Shown: positions 11,101 through 26,100 of the stretch, one piece after another
Position numbering within the stretch: the first letter of the stretch is position 1
Layout: each line of letters begins with the position of its first letter
Origin: Tubulanus polymorphus
Taxonomy: Eukaryota; Animalia; Nemertea
Assembly (NCBI RefSeq): GCF_964204645.1
Contig: NC_134026.1
Location: forward strand, 25,764,150 to 25,828,149
DNA: 64,000 nucleotides
Reading direction: 5' to 3'
Translations under genes and position numbers: made by a program
The notes under the pieces: generated by a model
Databases searched by the model: none
Seen by the model: the letters and a program-made list of their open reading frames with translations, nothing else
What the model was told of the DNA's origin: nothing

Positions 11101-14100
11101 TTCGCTGTCCATCGAAGCAACGTCGGCGAGGATACTGAGCGGGGATGCTGTTTCCGCGTTGTAAGACATCGATGTTTTGAGATCACTGTTCGGCGTTGAG
11201 CTGCGTTTTTTACGATGTCGTTTCGACGATCCATGATCTTCACCGATGCCATTCGCGATTGGTTTCTCAGTTTTAGAATCCGATGATGACGATGATATGT
11301 GATTGACAGCCGACAGAATTTGCTGACTGACACCATTCTTCGGCGTGACTTTGGACTTGCCGCACGGACAATTTGAGACAATGTTGTATTTATCTCGGAC
11401 CACGTGAATTAAATTCCCGAGATCCCACAGCACTGCAAATAAATTCATTCGTTATTTGAGCGACACAATGCATTGACAGTTATTAACATATGAATAGTGA
11501 TGTGTATTGTGGAAGTGTCACAGCTGTTATAAGAGTATGAGATCGATACCCGAGAACATTGATCAATACTTTATTAGTATACTGGGCTAAATTCTACAAT
11601 GTCTGGCATCATCTGCACTTCAAATTATCATGAATAAAGCGGCATTATGCTAACCTGTGGATGGTATGATCTGAGTGAGGACTAGTTTCTCGGGTTCATG
11701 ACCTTGTCGATTCGCGCTGCACGTGATCCAATCTGCCGTACTGTCATCCGATGTTTGTCGCTGCATTTTCACTTTGAAACAATCCAAACAGACGACAAAT
11801 CCACACTTGTGACAAACCCAGTGTATGTTAAAGAGAGTCGTGTCGCAAACGTCGCACATTTCACGTACACCTTGAACAGCTCGTTTCCAAGCTACTTCAG
11901 CTAAAATACAAACCATTGAATATATTATCTAATATTATCTAAATGTCCATTTACTCGAAACAATATTTACTGAGCATCGCCTTACCATTTTCTGGTGCCC
12001 AACTTCTGGCTTCTTTCTCCTGTTCAACTAATTCGCAAAATTTGTCGCCGACATGTTGTACGATATAACAGCCAACTTCAGCAGATAAACGTGGCGTTTG
12101 AGTATCTGAGAGTGAAAACATAATGAAACATTGATCAGACACCGCTTCGAAAGAGAACAATTTAATGGATGAATTGAGTTGATACTTACAGTTATTTACA
12201 TCAGGTGCCCATAAAGCCAGGTCATCGGCCTCTGCATCAGAAGGTGATGAAAATCCAGCCATTACTAATGTGCCTTTTTGGTTGTATTTCAAACGCCGGA
12301 AAGCGTAAAACCGACAAAAACTGTTGTTGACTTTTTTATTATTTTTTGTAACAGGAATGACTTTACACTCGCGACACTTGGCTAGCTTCGGCGTCACTTC
12401 CACACAGGACCCGTCCTGAAGAAACGGTTGTAGGCTTTTCTTTAATTGTGCGACTGTCATCTTAACTAATGGGCGTTCGACTACAGGAGCGGGAGGTTGT
12501 GCTGGTCCAGTTCCTGAAAATAAATGCATTGAATTATCAATTGAGCTCATACTAGGCTTTTCATAATACAGTAGTAATGATCTGTTTTTATAAAAAAACG
12601 TGTAATCATTAATCCAATTGTTGAATTTCTACCTGGCTTCTTCAACTGTTCTTTGTCTTTCTTCCTTCTTCCTCGGCGTTTTTGTGCGTCATCATCACCG
12701 GCACCATCTTTACCATTCGGTAAATCCATCGACGAAGAACCGCGCGTGTCTTCGTCATCCATTTTGACTTCGCCAGCATCGTTAGTCTTCACTAGTTTAC
12801 TACGACCCGTGCTATTGAGTTTAGAAGAAGTAGATGTTGTGCTATCGCTGTCGCTGCGTTGGCGTTTCGCAGTGGCGCTGCTCGGCCGTTTTGTCTTCAT
12901 TCTTCGTTTTCGCTGCCCGTTCTCTTCATTCTAAAAACAAATATCTATCGCTTTTAAAAGATAGTTCATCGATGCCAACAATAATAAGGTACGCCACATC
13001 ATTCTATTTTTATTGATGTTTTCTTACGAGCACTGTATAAATCAAATTTCTATTCTGGAAAGACATTTACCCTACGATCAAAACAAATATATTGGATATT
13101 GAATAGAAAGGCGCCAAAGTTATTCTATCCCCAAGCACTTCATACATATGAAGAATTCAAGGTCATTATATAAACAATTCATAGATGAGTATACCTCCCC
13201 GCCATCCACAGCAAACAGAAGCTTTTTATAGCAGTAGTCGTATTGATTATCGATTCAGTATTGCTGGTGGCGGCTGATAACGTAGCATTTGGTCGGTTCA
13301 TGTATAATTCATTACTTAACGATGAATGCCTGCAGCTACACCACTCTGAAGTCTACCTACCCAGTGAATACAACAATGAATAAACAATTTATAAACTAAC
13401 GCAAGAAATTACCTGAGGTTCACCCTCTGAGGCAGAAGTTGTAGAATCATCTTCTCGTCGGATCAGATCTTTCAAACCTCCATTTAACGAACTGATCGGG
13501 CTTTTACTTTCTCCTTCTTTAGTCGGCGAAATGTAAGAACAATTAACATAACAATCTTTCACTGCAGCTGGACTAGTCTTATTACTGTCACTTAAGTTTC
13601 CGGGATCGATAACTTTCGAATCGACTCCTGTAATGCTATGTTTGTCCTCATCGGAATGACGCTGTAACCAGGCCTTCTTCAGTTTCGGAGCGCTCGGAGC
13701 ATTGTTTGAACGACTCGGCGAAAAAGATGTTGTACTATTTGTTTCCGATTTAACGGAGTGCGGTGGTGGACTGGGTGCACTTAGTGTATCACTATCAGTG
13801 TCTATGATACCATTCGCAACTCGGTTAATGGTTTCCATTAATGAAGAGGTAGAGGTAGCCGAGACACTATTTGGTCGACTCGGTTGCGAGTCAGTTGTAC
13901 ATGTCGGTGTTACCGGTGAAGTAACAGTCGCAACTGCTGAAGTCGAGACAACTGATGGCGGATGATCGAGCTGTTTGTTTTTCATACGAAACTTCGGATG
14001 CCGTGAATTTTGCGTTTCGATATCTTGCAGGAATGCGTTATGAACAGTATTCTCGACGAATGACTTAAAGCTATCCATGAATCCAGTTGCTTTAGCAATA

Positions 14101-17100
14101 TGATGAGTTTGTGATGTCACTGCTGGTGTAACCGTGCACGTGGTTGGAGCTGAAGTGTTAGTTACAATGGACTGGGTACTATTTACAGGCGCTGATGTGC
14201 GCACCAAATTGACGGGTTCGTCTACTTTAGGCTTCTTACGTGGAATTGCTTCTTTCTGTAAACGATGTTTTTTCGCGGCCGCGTGTGCCTGCTGAGCGGC
14301 AGACGTTGCTGTCAATGTTGAAGAAGTACTAGTAGCACCACCCATTAACTGGGTCCGTAAAGTGTCTGCTGTATGTCGTGACGCACTTGAATACATCGGG
14401 TTTGGTACAAGACCTTGTTGGATTAAGTTATATGCATAGGCTGCGGTCGTATTCGCCGGCAGAGAAACAGGAGGCTGAGCTATAGTTGGTAATACATGGC
14501 TGCTCGTAGGTACACTGCTACCGAGAGATGAATGGCAGCTAGTCGGAATGCTATTACCTATGTGCGATTTAGATTTTTGCAATTCCATCGGTTGCCGAAC
14601 TGCCGCTGAGAGCTGCTGCGGTGAGGCTACATGCAATGGACTTTGTGAACGCGAAACTTTTACGTTATCAGGCCGTTGTTTATAATCTAAAGCACTGTCA
14701 TGGTTCGTGGCAAATGAATGTGAGTTGGGAGATCGCAATCGATCTTGTGGTTGTTGTTGCTGATGTTGCTGCTGCTGTTGCGGATGTCGACCATGCATCA
14801 TCAGATGTAACAAACGACTCTCTTGTGACATCAATGACAGTTTAGAGTCTTGTCCTTTGTTCTCGACAATCACCGAATTTTTACTATCTTTACTCGATGT
14901 CGGCGACACTTTAAGGTGCTCGGGATTCACCTTGACATCTGGTTTCTCCTCTTTCACCATAGCACTCGCGCGGTCGTTTGCTAAATGTTTCTGTAATTTA
15001 TCAGGGGTTATATACATTTGCTGGTACGGCTGATAGCCATACAGATTAAAGTTCGGCTCTTGTTTTATTTGATGTCCCGATGACACTGCCGCTGCCTGCG
15101 CTCGATAATAAGCATGCGTCGTTTTAAGGAATGCTTCCTGTGTTTTAGGATCACACGATTTAAGTTTTTCAGCGAGCGCTTTTTGCTGTAACTCGTGTTG
15201 TATCTGAATATGGTTCAGCTGATGCTGTTGTTGTATTGCTAGTTTTCGTTTCTCTTCTGTCTGTTTTTGCAGTAAATCCTGCTGACTTTCGATCAAAAGT
15301 TTATTCGCAAAGCCTTCCTGATACTTCTGTTCCGCTGCTTGTCGTTCGGTTGTGTCCTGGTCCTGAAACGTAATACAAGTAACCTATAAAACCTACTCGA
15401 ACAATGACAATATCACATGGAAATAACTATGATATTACATGCTTAATTAACTCTGAACTGTTCACGAAGAAATAACTGTGGTGTTGTTTGTAATGATTGC
15501 CTGATTATTCATAGTCGCAAAACCTTTTTTTCAATATCTCTATAATTATCTCAAGTGAATAGAAAAATTCAATCTATTTGAACCTTTTTGTTTACGGTAG
15601 TATCTTTCTGTTCTGATGCTGATGGTTGCATCGATGAAGGTTGTGGCTGATTCGCCGTCACTATTGTGGGCCGAGAAGCTAGTCCCAATCCCCAGACAGC
15701 ATTCGCTTGTGCCTGTAACAACACAAATTACAACACATCTGTCGAAAGGCATTTGGAATTCCTTAAGGCTAGATTAGTAGGAACACTTATAAATCTCAAC
15801 TAGTCTATATTAATAACTAGGTAAATTGATTAGACTAAATCGTAAGTATACGTAATATCAATCCTAGCTGAATGAAACTTCTCTGATTCAAGCATACGTA
15901 TTGAGACTATGTTAGTACAAAAATACCAGATTTTGTTAAATAGTCATTGATATATATTATCATTTTGTTTGATTGATCTACGTAAGAAGTTATATCTAGG
16001 CCTATATCAGGTGATAATAGTCAGCAGTAAGTCTGGTTCAGGTCAGCTTATCTCCGATAGAATACTGATGACCCTTTGTACTATGATTGAGCAAAGTAGG
16101 TGAGCTGTCTATTTCCCTATGAGCTGAGAAATAGTTATGTTAATTTATATTGATCGAACAGCTATTCCCAAGGCATATCGCTACAATGGAAATCAGCATT
16201 CCACTGTGAATACGCAAGTAGTCTAAGTCTGTTACTTGTCCCTGGAGGAGATAGATTGTGTAGAAATGGCTTTGTCTGAATTATCAATACCAAGAAAGCC
16301 TGTTACGCAGTATTGATTCATGTATATGTATGCATGAACATATAGCGGTATCAATAATGGTTCATATTAGACTTGATGGCATCTTACAAGCACAGACAAC
16401 TCAATATGCGAGATTAGCCTGAGGCTACACAAATCTACTACAAGACTAGCTATAAACACATGGTAGTTAGAGAAAATCTATTACATCTTCATAATCCTAG
16501 CAACATTTTTATCACAAAGCCATCATTTCATCATCCTCAAAATATCAAAAGTAAACATTTCAGATTCATAATTTTAGTTGTCATAAAAAGCTGGGATATG
16601 AACACGCACACACAGTTAGTGCTTAAAGCTTTATCAATATTAAAACCAGCAGCATAGAGTTAGTTAAGCATGCGTATCTATCATAGATAATAAACAAAAA
16701 TTCCTATTCTTCAATGTCAGAATTAATTCATAAACTTTTTAACAAATTGTGACCTTAGATATAATGAGTGAACAAGCAGTATACATATCAACGTTGATTC
16801 ATCGTGCATGCTCAATACAATGTACAATGCATATTCCACAGCACGTTTCTCACCAGCTGTTGTGCTCGATAATAGCACATCATATGCATCTGTTCTAGAT
16901 TCATTTACTAGAATATCATACTCGCTACGATGATATGATATGACATGCCATGTACTGTAGATAGAAGTGATACCTTTTGACTGGCTAGTTGTAGAGATTG
17001 TTTGAAGTGTTGGTTGACAGCGGCTGCGGCTGCTGCTGATTCCGTTAACACACGTTTACGTTCTAAACGTTCGCGTTCATCTCTTTCTGCGCGTTCTCTT

Positions 17101-20100
17101 TCTTTGCGTTCGAGTTGTTCTCTTTCTCTATCGCGTTCAGCTCGTTCTCGTTCTACGCGTTCCAGTTGGGCTTTCTCGCGATCTTTTCTTTCCCTACAAA
17201 AATGTCTGTACATTACTACTACGGCGACATTAGTATCCGATCAATTATCCGCATTATCAGACAGAAGACAGAAATGTTCACTAATGCGTCATATATCTGT
17301 GAATAAGAATATACAAAATGTCTAGCATACACTGTGTATGAGTACATCCGCCAATAAGAGATGAGAGTAGTGTGTATACACAACATACACAATAGCTTGG
17401 CTATTAGAAATTTAGGTCAACACTAGTAACACAATACAGGCTATATACAGGGACCTACTAAAATTAGATTAGCATAACAATTACACTGTAACCACAAACA
17501 TTATGTGGCCATACCTGCCCGATTTTGCCTAAGTGGGATGTTCTACATCTAAGATAAATTCCTTCAAGGTATTCATTTACTACCATGTATATAATCAAGA
17601 CTTAATAATATTCCAAGCAAGACGCGGATGAGCTGATGAAAATTACATATGTGGATGCTGGTTGTAGAAGGTCATACACTGGATGCCGTATCACCATAGC
17701 AACCAAGCCTCATTATGTAGGCAGCTAATGTAACATCTATCTACATGACACTTAGTCAGTTGGAAAACTAGTGACATATACCTATTCAGGCATACTTAGG
17801 AATGCAGTACTTGAAGCCATTTCTAACCTATGCGCATAAGAAAAACTTGTTGACCTTCGTTCAATTTGTTTTCACACTACAGACGCAGCAAACTGGTTCA
17901 AAAATATCCAGACGAAAAACCTTAGTGGTCTAATAAGACACTAAATTTATATTTAGAATTCATTAGATAAATGGTCTTACCTTTCAACGCGATCTCGTTC
18001 AGCATGTTCACGTTCTAAGCGCTCTCGTTCAGCACGCTCTCGTAATAAGTTCACTGGTATATCCCTTAATAGTTCGTCCTGGTATTGTGCTAACATCCAC
18101 GCAGGCGGTACTGGAATGGCCGGGTATTTTTGTTGCCATAGCAATTCTAACTGCGGCAATGTGACGTTACCGGGCAACGAATAAGAAAGCACATGTTGTG
18201 GAGGTTGCTGTAACAAATGGGCGGCAGGATACCCGAATGAGGCTTGTTGTAAAGCTGCCAGGCCCCTCGGGTCTAACGTATGCTGCATGTGCGGGCTCAT
18301 CGGACCCAGCTGATGTTTATAATGTAAAGGCGTCAGCATTGACTGCGATTGTTGATGAGATGCAGTAATGTGTGATGTTAGTCCATGATGACTGGCCGCT
18401 ATAGGTGTATGCACTGTAGGATAAGAAGATGACGGTTGAGCAGTGGGAGCTGCCGTTCCTGAATGCGTCGTCGAATGATGTTGCATCATGATGTGCTGAA
18501 GCGAATTGATCCGTCGTACTTCGGAATCTTTCTTCAACAACTCCGGATCGCGATAAACTTGTATCGGTTCGTTTTTATCGAACACTAACGGACTCGACGA
18601 AGTGTCTTCTTTCCTGTGAACATCTTCCGTAGTATGAACGCTAACCGAACGTTTGTCGTCGCTCGCGCGCGAAGAAACGCTTTGTCGTGAACTCGATCGT
18701 TCCTCTCCGAGTTCGGCGTGTACACTAGAACTCACACTGATCGGCGTTCCTGAAGTGCGTTCTGGATGCCGCGTATCGGAACAATGTTGGGATAAGGTAC
18801 AACCTTCGGTCAGCGATAGCCCTTGACTATCGACGGGTCGGTATTCGGACGCTACTTTTAAACTATCGACTGAAGATGTCGATGATATAGAAACTGTGCG
18901 TTTATCGTCGGCGCTACCGTTATTATTAAATTTACGGAACTGTTTCGCAATTTGGTCAGTTACTGAATGATTAACGTTTATATTCGCCGAAAGACTTTCA
19001 CTGGCCGGCAACGGTTTATCTTTCACCAAATTTTCTGAGAGCAAATGTAATTTCTTAAAGTGCATATTTTCGTCGCTTGTAGCTTGTTGATTCCTGTTCA
19101 TACTCTCTGACTCGACAGTCTTCAATTTCTGCTGTACGATACATTCCCGACGCACAGATTCAACTATACTATCCACTAAACTTTCATGCGCTTTATCATC
19201 GGAATCAGACTCAGTTGCGTCTTTTTTTAATGATTCACTATTTACTTCAACTTTACTATCTGAATTCACAACGCCGCTATTACAGGAATCAGTTGTGGAA
19301 GTAGATGCCACAGATTTTATTGCTTCTTCTGTTGAATTCCCGCAATGTTTGCTTTTCTTAGAATTTTCAGTCTTTTTCCTGAAACTTTTCAATGTTTTAT
19401 TTTGCAGGTTGTTGGTTTTATTCGTATGTTTGCTGTCTTTTTTCCTGTGTTCAGACTTCTTCACGCTCTGACTAATGACGGAAATGTTATTTACTGGTGG
19501 TTCAGATGGTTCTGACTTTGGCACATTGACAACACCAGAGTTATCACTAACAGAACTTGGCACATCAGATTGAACGGAATTAACTGTTTCGGTTTTATCG
19601 ACTACCAGGTCAGGTGATATACTCTCTACTGGTGAAGATAACAGTGCCTTTTTGACAGATTTGGCCTTCTTACTTCTACTACTTCTTTCTTTTGGAGGGT
19701 CCCTTTTATTATCTTTTACTGGTACTGGTTTAGCTGTAGCTAATTTCTCCTTTCTAAACACAGGTTGGTCAACTGGTTTTGGTGATATCTCTCTTTTCTC
19801 TGGTTTTAGAACCGTTATTTTGTCCGACTTCGGTTTCTTATTTGCTAATGGTAACGTGCTTTTCGTATCCTCTGTAAGCGGAGGTAGGGTCTCTGTTTTC
19901 CGTTTTCTATGCTCCTTAATAGATGGTTTTAGTTTTGTCCTCTCTGATACTCTTTCTGCAATATAGAAATTATACAGGATGATAAAATCAGAATAAACCA
20001 TTCGAGCATCAATAAAAATCTAGTATTACAAACCAAAGACAGTTCTTAAGAGCTGCTTAAAAGGACTTATTCTCTTTCAAACCTTCAAGGACTCTAGAAT

Positions 20101-23100
20101 TGGCAAACCCATAATTACTCAGTCTGGCCAGCTAATTAGTGATTGATGTCATTCTTCGAGATACACCAAAAGCGATACACCAGACAAGATAAATCGATAA
20201 ATCGATGTGTGCTCACTATAATACCCCAAGCAAATTTATTTTGTATATATGCTATTGACATTCTTACATACACCTACAGGAGAGGTGGAATAAACTCGGA
20301 ACTCTTTGTCAATTTATGCATGCATAAATGCCCCCGCAATATGATCGACATGGAGCTTTAAGTTGCTTTGACAATAGTGCTAGACGCGTATAATTCAAAT
20401 GCGCCCGGAGAAGCCGCTCTTTTGAATTCAACCAATATCAACGCAACTGAATTGAATCATAACTAGATTTTGAATCCTGTTATTTGTTGTATGGACTTCT
20501 TATCCAAATCTTCATACAGCCAGAGATAACTTAAAATATTATGGATAATAACGAGGTTATAAATGACTTGAAAACTGAATTCATATGGAAATATATATTC
20601 TGCCAAACAATATATTACAAAAAAAATTCATCATGTAACAGATTGGATAGTTATTGCCGTGACAAATTACTGACAATCTTGATAGACATAAAAATTACCA
20701 TTCATCTTATGATTATCAGGTAGTGGTTTTTATGAAGAGTTTGTACAGTTCTTAATTTCCAAATGTTTAGGGGCTTTGCTTTACTGATTCACAATGAATG
20801 AATGCACCTATGATAAACAAGTCCTGAACTTACAGGCCACAGAAATATCTCTATAGAACCAGGTGACAAAAAGCCTAGAATAAAAACATTTCTTCATTGC
20901 CAAATAAGGAAAGAGAAGGAGCGAAAGAGTACACTTCGGTTGACTGATTCACCAAGTCTATAAACTCGTCTCACACCATACAGTCTATTGACATAAATAA
21001 ATAGGAAATGTTGAACAAACAATGGCAGATACCATTTCATTTCACTAACCAGATAACGCATGAGCTTTGATATTAGAATTCTAAGCGCGCATTGACAATT
21101 ATCGAACAAATACATGATATCAGTATTATTCAACTGGTTCAATATAATTTGAATTTACATGCCATCCGAAAATACCATGAGAGTTGTACTGCTGGCTTCT
21201 ACGTAGTAGAAAAAGCTACGGCAAACAAAAAAGGCCTATTCAGAGAGGCTATTATCACGCATAAACAGCGTTCTAAATCGATCCATTTCCTTTCTAAGTA
21301 TTCATTAATAATAGATGACATCGTATTCAGACATGAATGACATGTATCCATGGCAACTACTAGTTTTTTTTCAATTGCTGTCATTTCTGAGAAATGAACG
21401 GGTTTGATATTACACGCAGTTGAAATAAGAAACCTCCTACTAAATATATATATATACATATATGTATTGCTATATCCAAGGCCTGAAGCAATATGAAAAA
21501 AGGCCGAGCACCTGAGGCAATATATACATACATACGCATATCAGGGAAAAATAATTTCTAACACAGTTCCACTATCTAGTGGTTCTTATTTTCTCATTAC
21601 CAAAGGGATAAGTTATCAATATGTAATGAGTCTCATCTATTTACTATCATCAATTAATAATTTTCACTAGTTGCTAGGTAGGTGTAAAGTTCACCTGTAC
21701 ACAATACATACAATGAGACATTCATATATGTGAATATACAATTAGAATATCTATGGTTTATCAAGACCTCGACAATTTATCACAATATCGAGACCATATG
21801 CCGATAACGCATAAATGTACCAGATGTACATACTTAGACCTACTACACGTTCTACATGTACAAACATATATTTATAAATTTTGTCATATCTAATGGCTTA
21901 TTTGAATCGCAAAATGATCTAATATCATCACATATTTTCAGCGCTATTTAAGCTATACTTAAATGTTTTCACCTGAATATCATTAAGATATTTTTCATAT
22001 GTTTCACCTACAAGTTCTTCCTATCGAATCAATCTCCCAGTTACTGGATTGTCTACAGCTAATGGTTTATTCCTCGGGCAATAATCAATCCTATGTGAAA
22101 TCTCTCTTACGTGTCACACCCATTGAATGATACAAATAACAATCTACATCGTTATTTATACCCTATATAAACATATCGTTAGAAATTCTGATTCAGCAGT
22201 TTCAAAATTTGATTAATAATGATACTAACCCTTTGAAGAAACTTGTGGTTGTTTGACTTGCAAACGTCTCGGTGGTCTGTAGTGTCCGACGTTGATTGGA
22301 CTTGAACCTCGATTTCGTGCTGCTGCCTATAAAACAGATAAAGGTCCGATAAGAATTCTGCTGACGACAACAATGACACACACACACACACACACATGTA
22401 GATAGCGCCTGAGGTCAAGGTCAAGTTCTATCACATTAGGACCCGCCACGCGGTATTCATTGATGAACGTGACAATGGTATTGCCTCACTATGCTTGGTT
22501 ACAATAAAACGAATGGTATGGACATAACTTGCACTAGAAACATATGATTACATAGATTGTCTTGGAGAAAATCAGAAAGCACTTTGTTGATTATCAATCC
22601 TTGCCGCAGGCTGGTGCCTATCCTCAGAATACCCGAGATAATTTCAAACTACACCACGCATATACAATGAATACATTGAACAACCGGTTTACAACTTCAA
22701 TCCTTGTCAGGTGAAGTTAACATTTAACAATTTTTACGCTCGCAGGGGAGGCAGGTTGTTTGAATTCTATTTTAGTCTGGAACTGCGCGACATTTTCAAA
22801 TGGATGTTTTCTGACGATCACAGCACTTATTACAACCACGGAAAACCGAGACCGAAATTAAATTCGAACTTGTCATCATTACTTGTCACCAATGACGCGA
22901 TATATTCTCAAAAATGTACACGTGTGTATCGTTAACGCCTCAATTAATTCCACGGACTGAAATCCTTAAAATAAATCTAAAACATGATATGCGTAGAAAT
23001 ATATCGAAACATATAATCACAATCTAAAACATGACGCAAAATGAATAAAAAATAATATCAAAATCTAAAACTGGAGAACGCATGAATATTTGATGACAAA

Positions 23101-26100
23101 TTATAGTAAACTATCAAAACACAAGACGTCAGCTTTGTAAAATGATAGAGCCTACCTTGTTATAAATAGTAATGAAGCCGGTGTGTAAAATATTTTTCAC
23201 ACGAAATATATATCACGCATATTTCCAGTATACGGGTTCGGATATTAATGCCGCCGAGTAACAAACAAACCGTGAGTCTAGAATTTAACCTTGGGACTAG
23301 TTACACTTCATTATTCAACATTAATAATCAGATATAGTCATAATAACGAGACTGTAAGCAATACAAATGAAATATTCATTTCCATGCGAAAAGCTGCCTC
23401 GTTAACATATGAAAGGTTAATAGGAATTGCACTTTTGGATATAAGTAGACAAATAATAATCTTGGCTAGATAACTGTGGGATTTATTGTCAACACCATCA
23501 ATAGCCTGACCTGAATGTATGAACACAATACATTTACATTTAATAGTGTGCATATGCTTCATGGAAATAGGAAATTTAATTATCATACAGAGAATGACTG
23601 TTATAAATAGAGATCTATAAAATAGCAGGTTTTTATTATGATGAAAGCGGATTCAACTGTGAGCAACGACCAATCATCACAAATCCCATACACGCATTGC
23701 TGGCCACGACAGGTATTCATACAATCAAACTATTTCTGACCCGACCACTAGTTTCATGTTCACCAATAAAAATAGATACCATAATGCATGGAGTTAAAGA
23801 AGAACGCAAAACTTCGAATACGTTTCTGAATAGAGCTTTTGACTCATAAACATTAAGTCATAAATATTAAAACTTACACTGAGTTTCTATCAATAATCTT
23901 AAGATTTATCTAAAAATGCTGGGCGACTTATAAACAGCATTTTCATCTGAAGAATAAAACCCACAATCAAAGAAAAACTGTAAGAGGATTTTGACGTCAA
24001 TTCAAATGAGCCATTTTCAAAAGTTTTAGAAAATGGCTCATGAGCATTTGAGTTGAAAAGTAAAAATCCTCTCACTTTTTTTCTTTGATCGCTCGTTATA
24101 TTTTTCAGTTGAATTAGACAGTCACTCGTCTATGAAAAGAGCATTTTCTATGTCTGCTAACGGAAATCGACCCCAAAACTATTAAATGGACAAGCGCAAC
24201 CAGATGACCTTGACCTTCCATGCAGCAGGCACATGCTTTTCTGAACAGTCCCGCTGCAAATAATCTCAGTCTGCGGGGTTTCATTCGTCATCGGCAGAAA
24301 TAATTCCCTCCACGTATTCAATCCGAGCAACCAATTTCTCCAGCTTCCTTAGCGAATATTTGTAACCATGGAAACATACTCGTTCTTACGGGTGTTTATT
24401 ACTCCAGCGGAGAATGTATGCAATCACATTTTACACTGCGATCAACAATCTCATCCCTTCATCCATAAAATAAATGAATGATATGAGGAAGCCTTCAATC
24501 AAAATCTACAACACACTCATTTCGACCAATGTCTACTAGTACTACAAATATTATTTTCATGTATGTCGAAGACCTTTTTTTAGAACATTTCTGGTCAAAC
24601 ATTTATTTCATAGTTACCTTTTATCTTAAGCAAATGTTAACATCAAATCCAGATTATATGTTTATCAATACTGCCACGAACTTCACTTAAAGCTATTTCA
24701 CGTTCTCAAATCTGACCCGATGTGATAGATCTATATCAAGCCTAAAACTAGCTATACATTCAAAATCTAACCTATATTCAATATTGCACATGATTAACTT
24801 CCTTGTGCTATCGTATAAAAAATAGGTAAAAAAGATATAGTAAACCTGTAATCTTGATTTCAACATATTGAAACTGAAAGTGTAATAATTACCTAAGTGC
24901 GCAATCAACAAAGAGGTAACCGTCCTTTTTTACTATTTCGCAATCCAACGACAAATATCAATTTATCCATTCCATTTTGTCAAATCCCTGGACGAACGTT
25001 TTGATACAATCGGTGGGGCAACAATCCCGAATCTTTTGGGAGATCCACTCCTTCACTTCACGTTTAGACGCAAACAATAGTACTTGTGTAGTATACTTGG
25101 AATATAGTTGATATACACTATGGCTGGTAGTAAAGCTAACCACCATTCCGCGCAAATGAGTCATGCGGTTGTTGATAGTGTTGTGTTGGCGGCTGGCTGA
25201 ACTTACTGTTACCCATAGTCATAAATCTACGCACCACATGGCAGAAACAGGTCAGAACAACACTTGATATCATATCAGTTAGAAAGAGTACACACACCAA
25301 TCTTTATTATTAGAAACCGGAACTTGGCCTTTATATTTCGAGTGGAAAACTATTCATCTATGATCTTTTTTAAATGTACACGTGATCAGGTACAAAGGCG
25401 TGGAGCCTTGGAACAATCCTATGAATTTGAATCCAATAATCAACAGCTAAAACATACATACGCAGCTGCTATATTGAAATATAATTATATCATGCAACAT
25501 ATTTGAGCATATGGGATTCTTCCAAGGTCATTCAGGAATATGTAAGTCATGACCCAGCTGCTTAGGGGTTCCTCGATGAGAATCGTACCTATAATCATTT
25601 TTAAATGATATTGTTTTGACTACGGCAGAATAGACTTTTCTAATTCAAGTCTGTTCGCAATTCCGCACGGTAATTTTGCGAAGGTTATGTAATTTTTTTC
25701 ATATACTCCAAAACAATTAAATGCACAGACTCTTCTAACAACATTATTTCTATCTGACCCATATGACATGTATTTTATTTATTACAGGCTAAGTTGGAAT
25801 GTGCGTAAAAAAGCTACTGACTATGAAAAAAAAACAACACTATACAACAAATGTTGCTGCGCGCATATATCACACCACACAGATAGAGAGCTCAGTGCTC
25901 GGGTTCTCTGACTAGATAGTTCTTAGAAATTACTTTTTATACCATCATGGTTTTTATGGTGGCTGATTTTCAACCTCATTGCCATCATGTGGTTTAAGCG
26001 CTTGGATCATTAGTTTTTGTTTACTGGTTGAAACAGGTATCTTAGGTTTGCAGGTAACCTTTGCCTTTTTGTCCCCGTAGGAAAATTCACCGACTTATAT

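Noticed and set aside
10056-19966. Plus-strand and alternate-frame ORFs over KDM3 exons (e.g. 10056-10382, 10971-11381, 12653-12934, 17002-17325, 19652-19966)
   Set aside because: Shadow ORFs of real coding exons.
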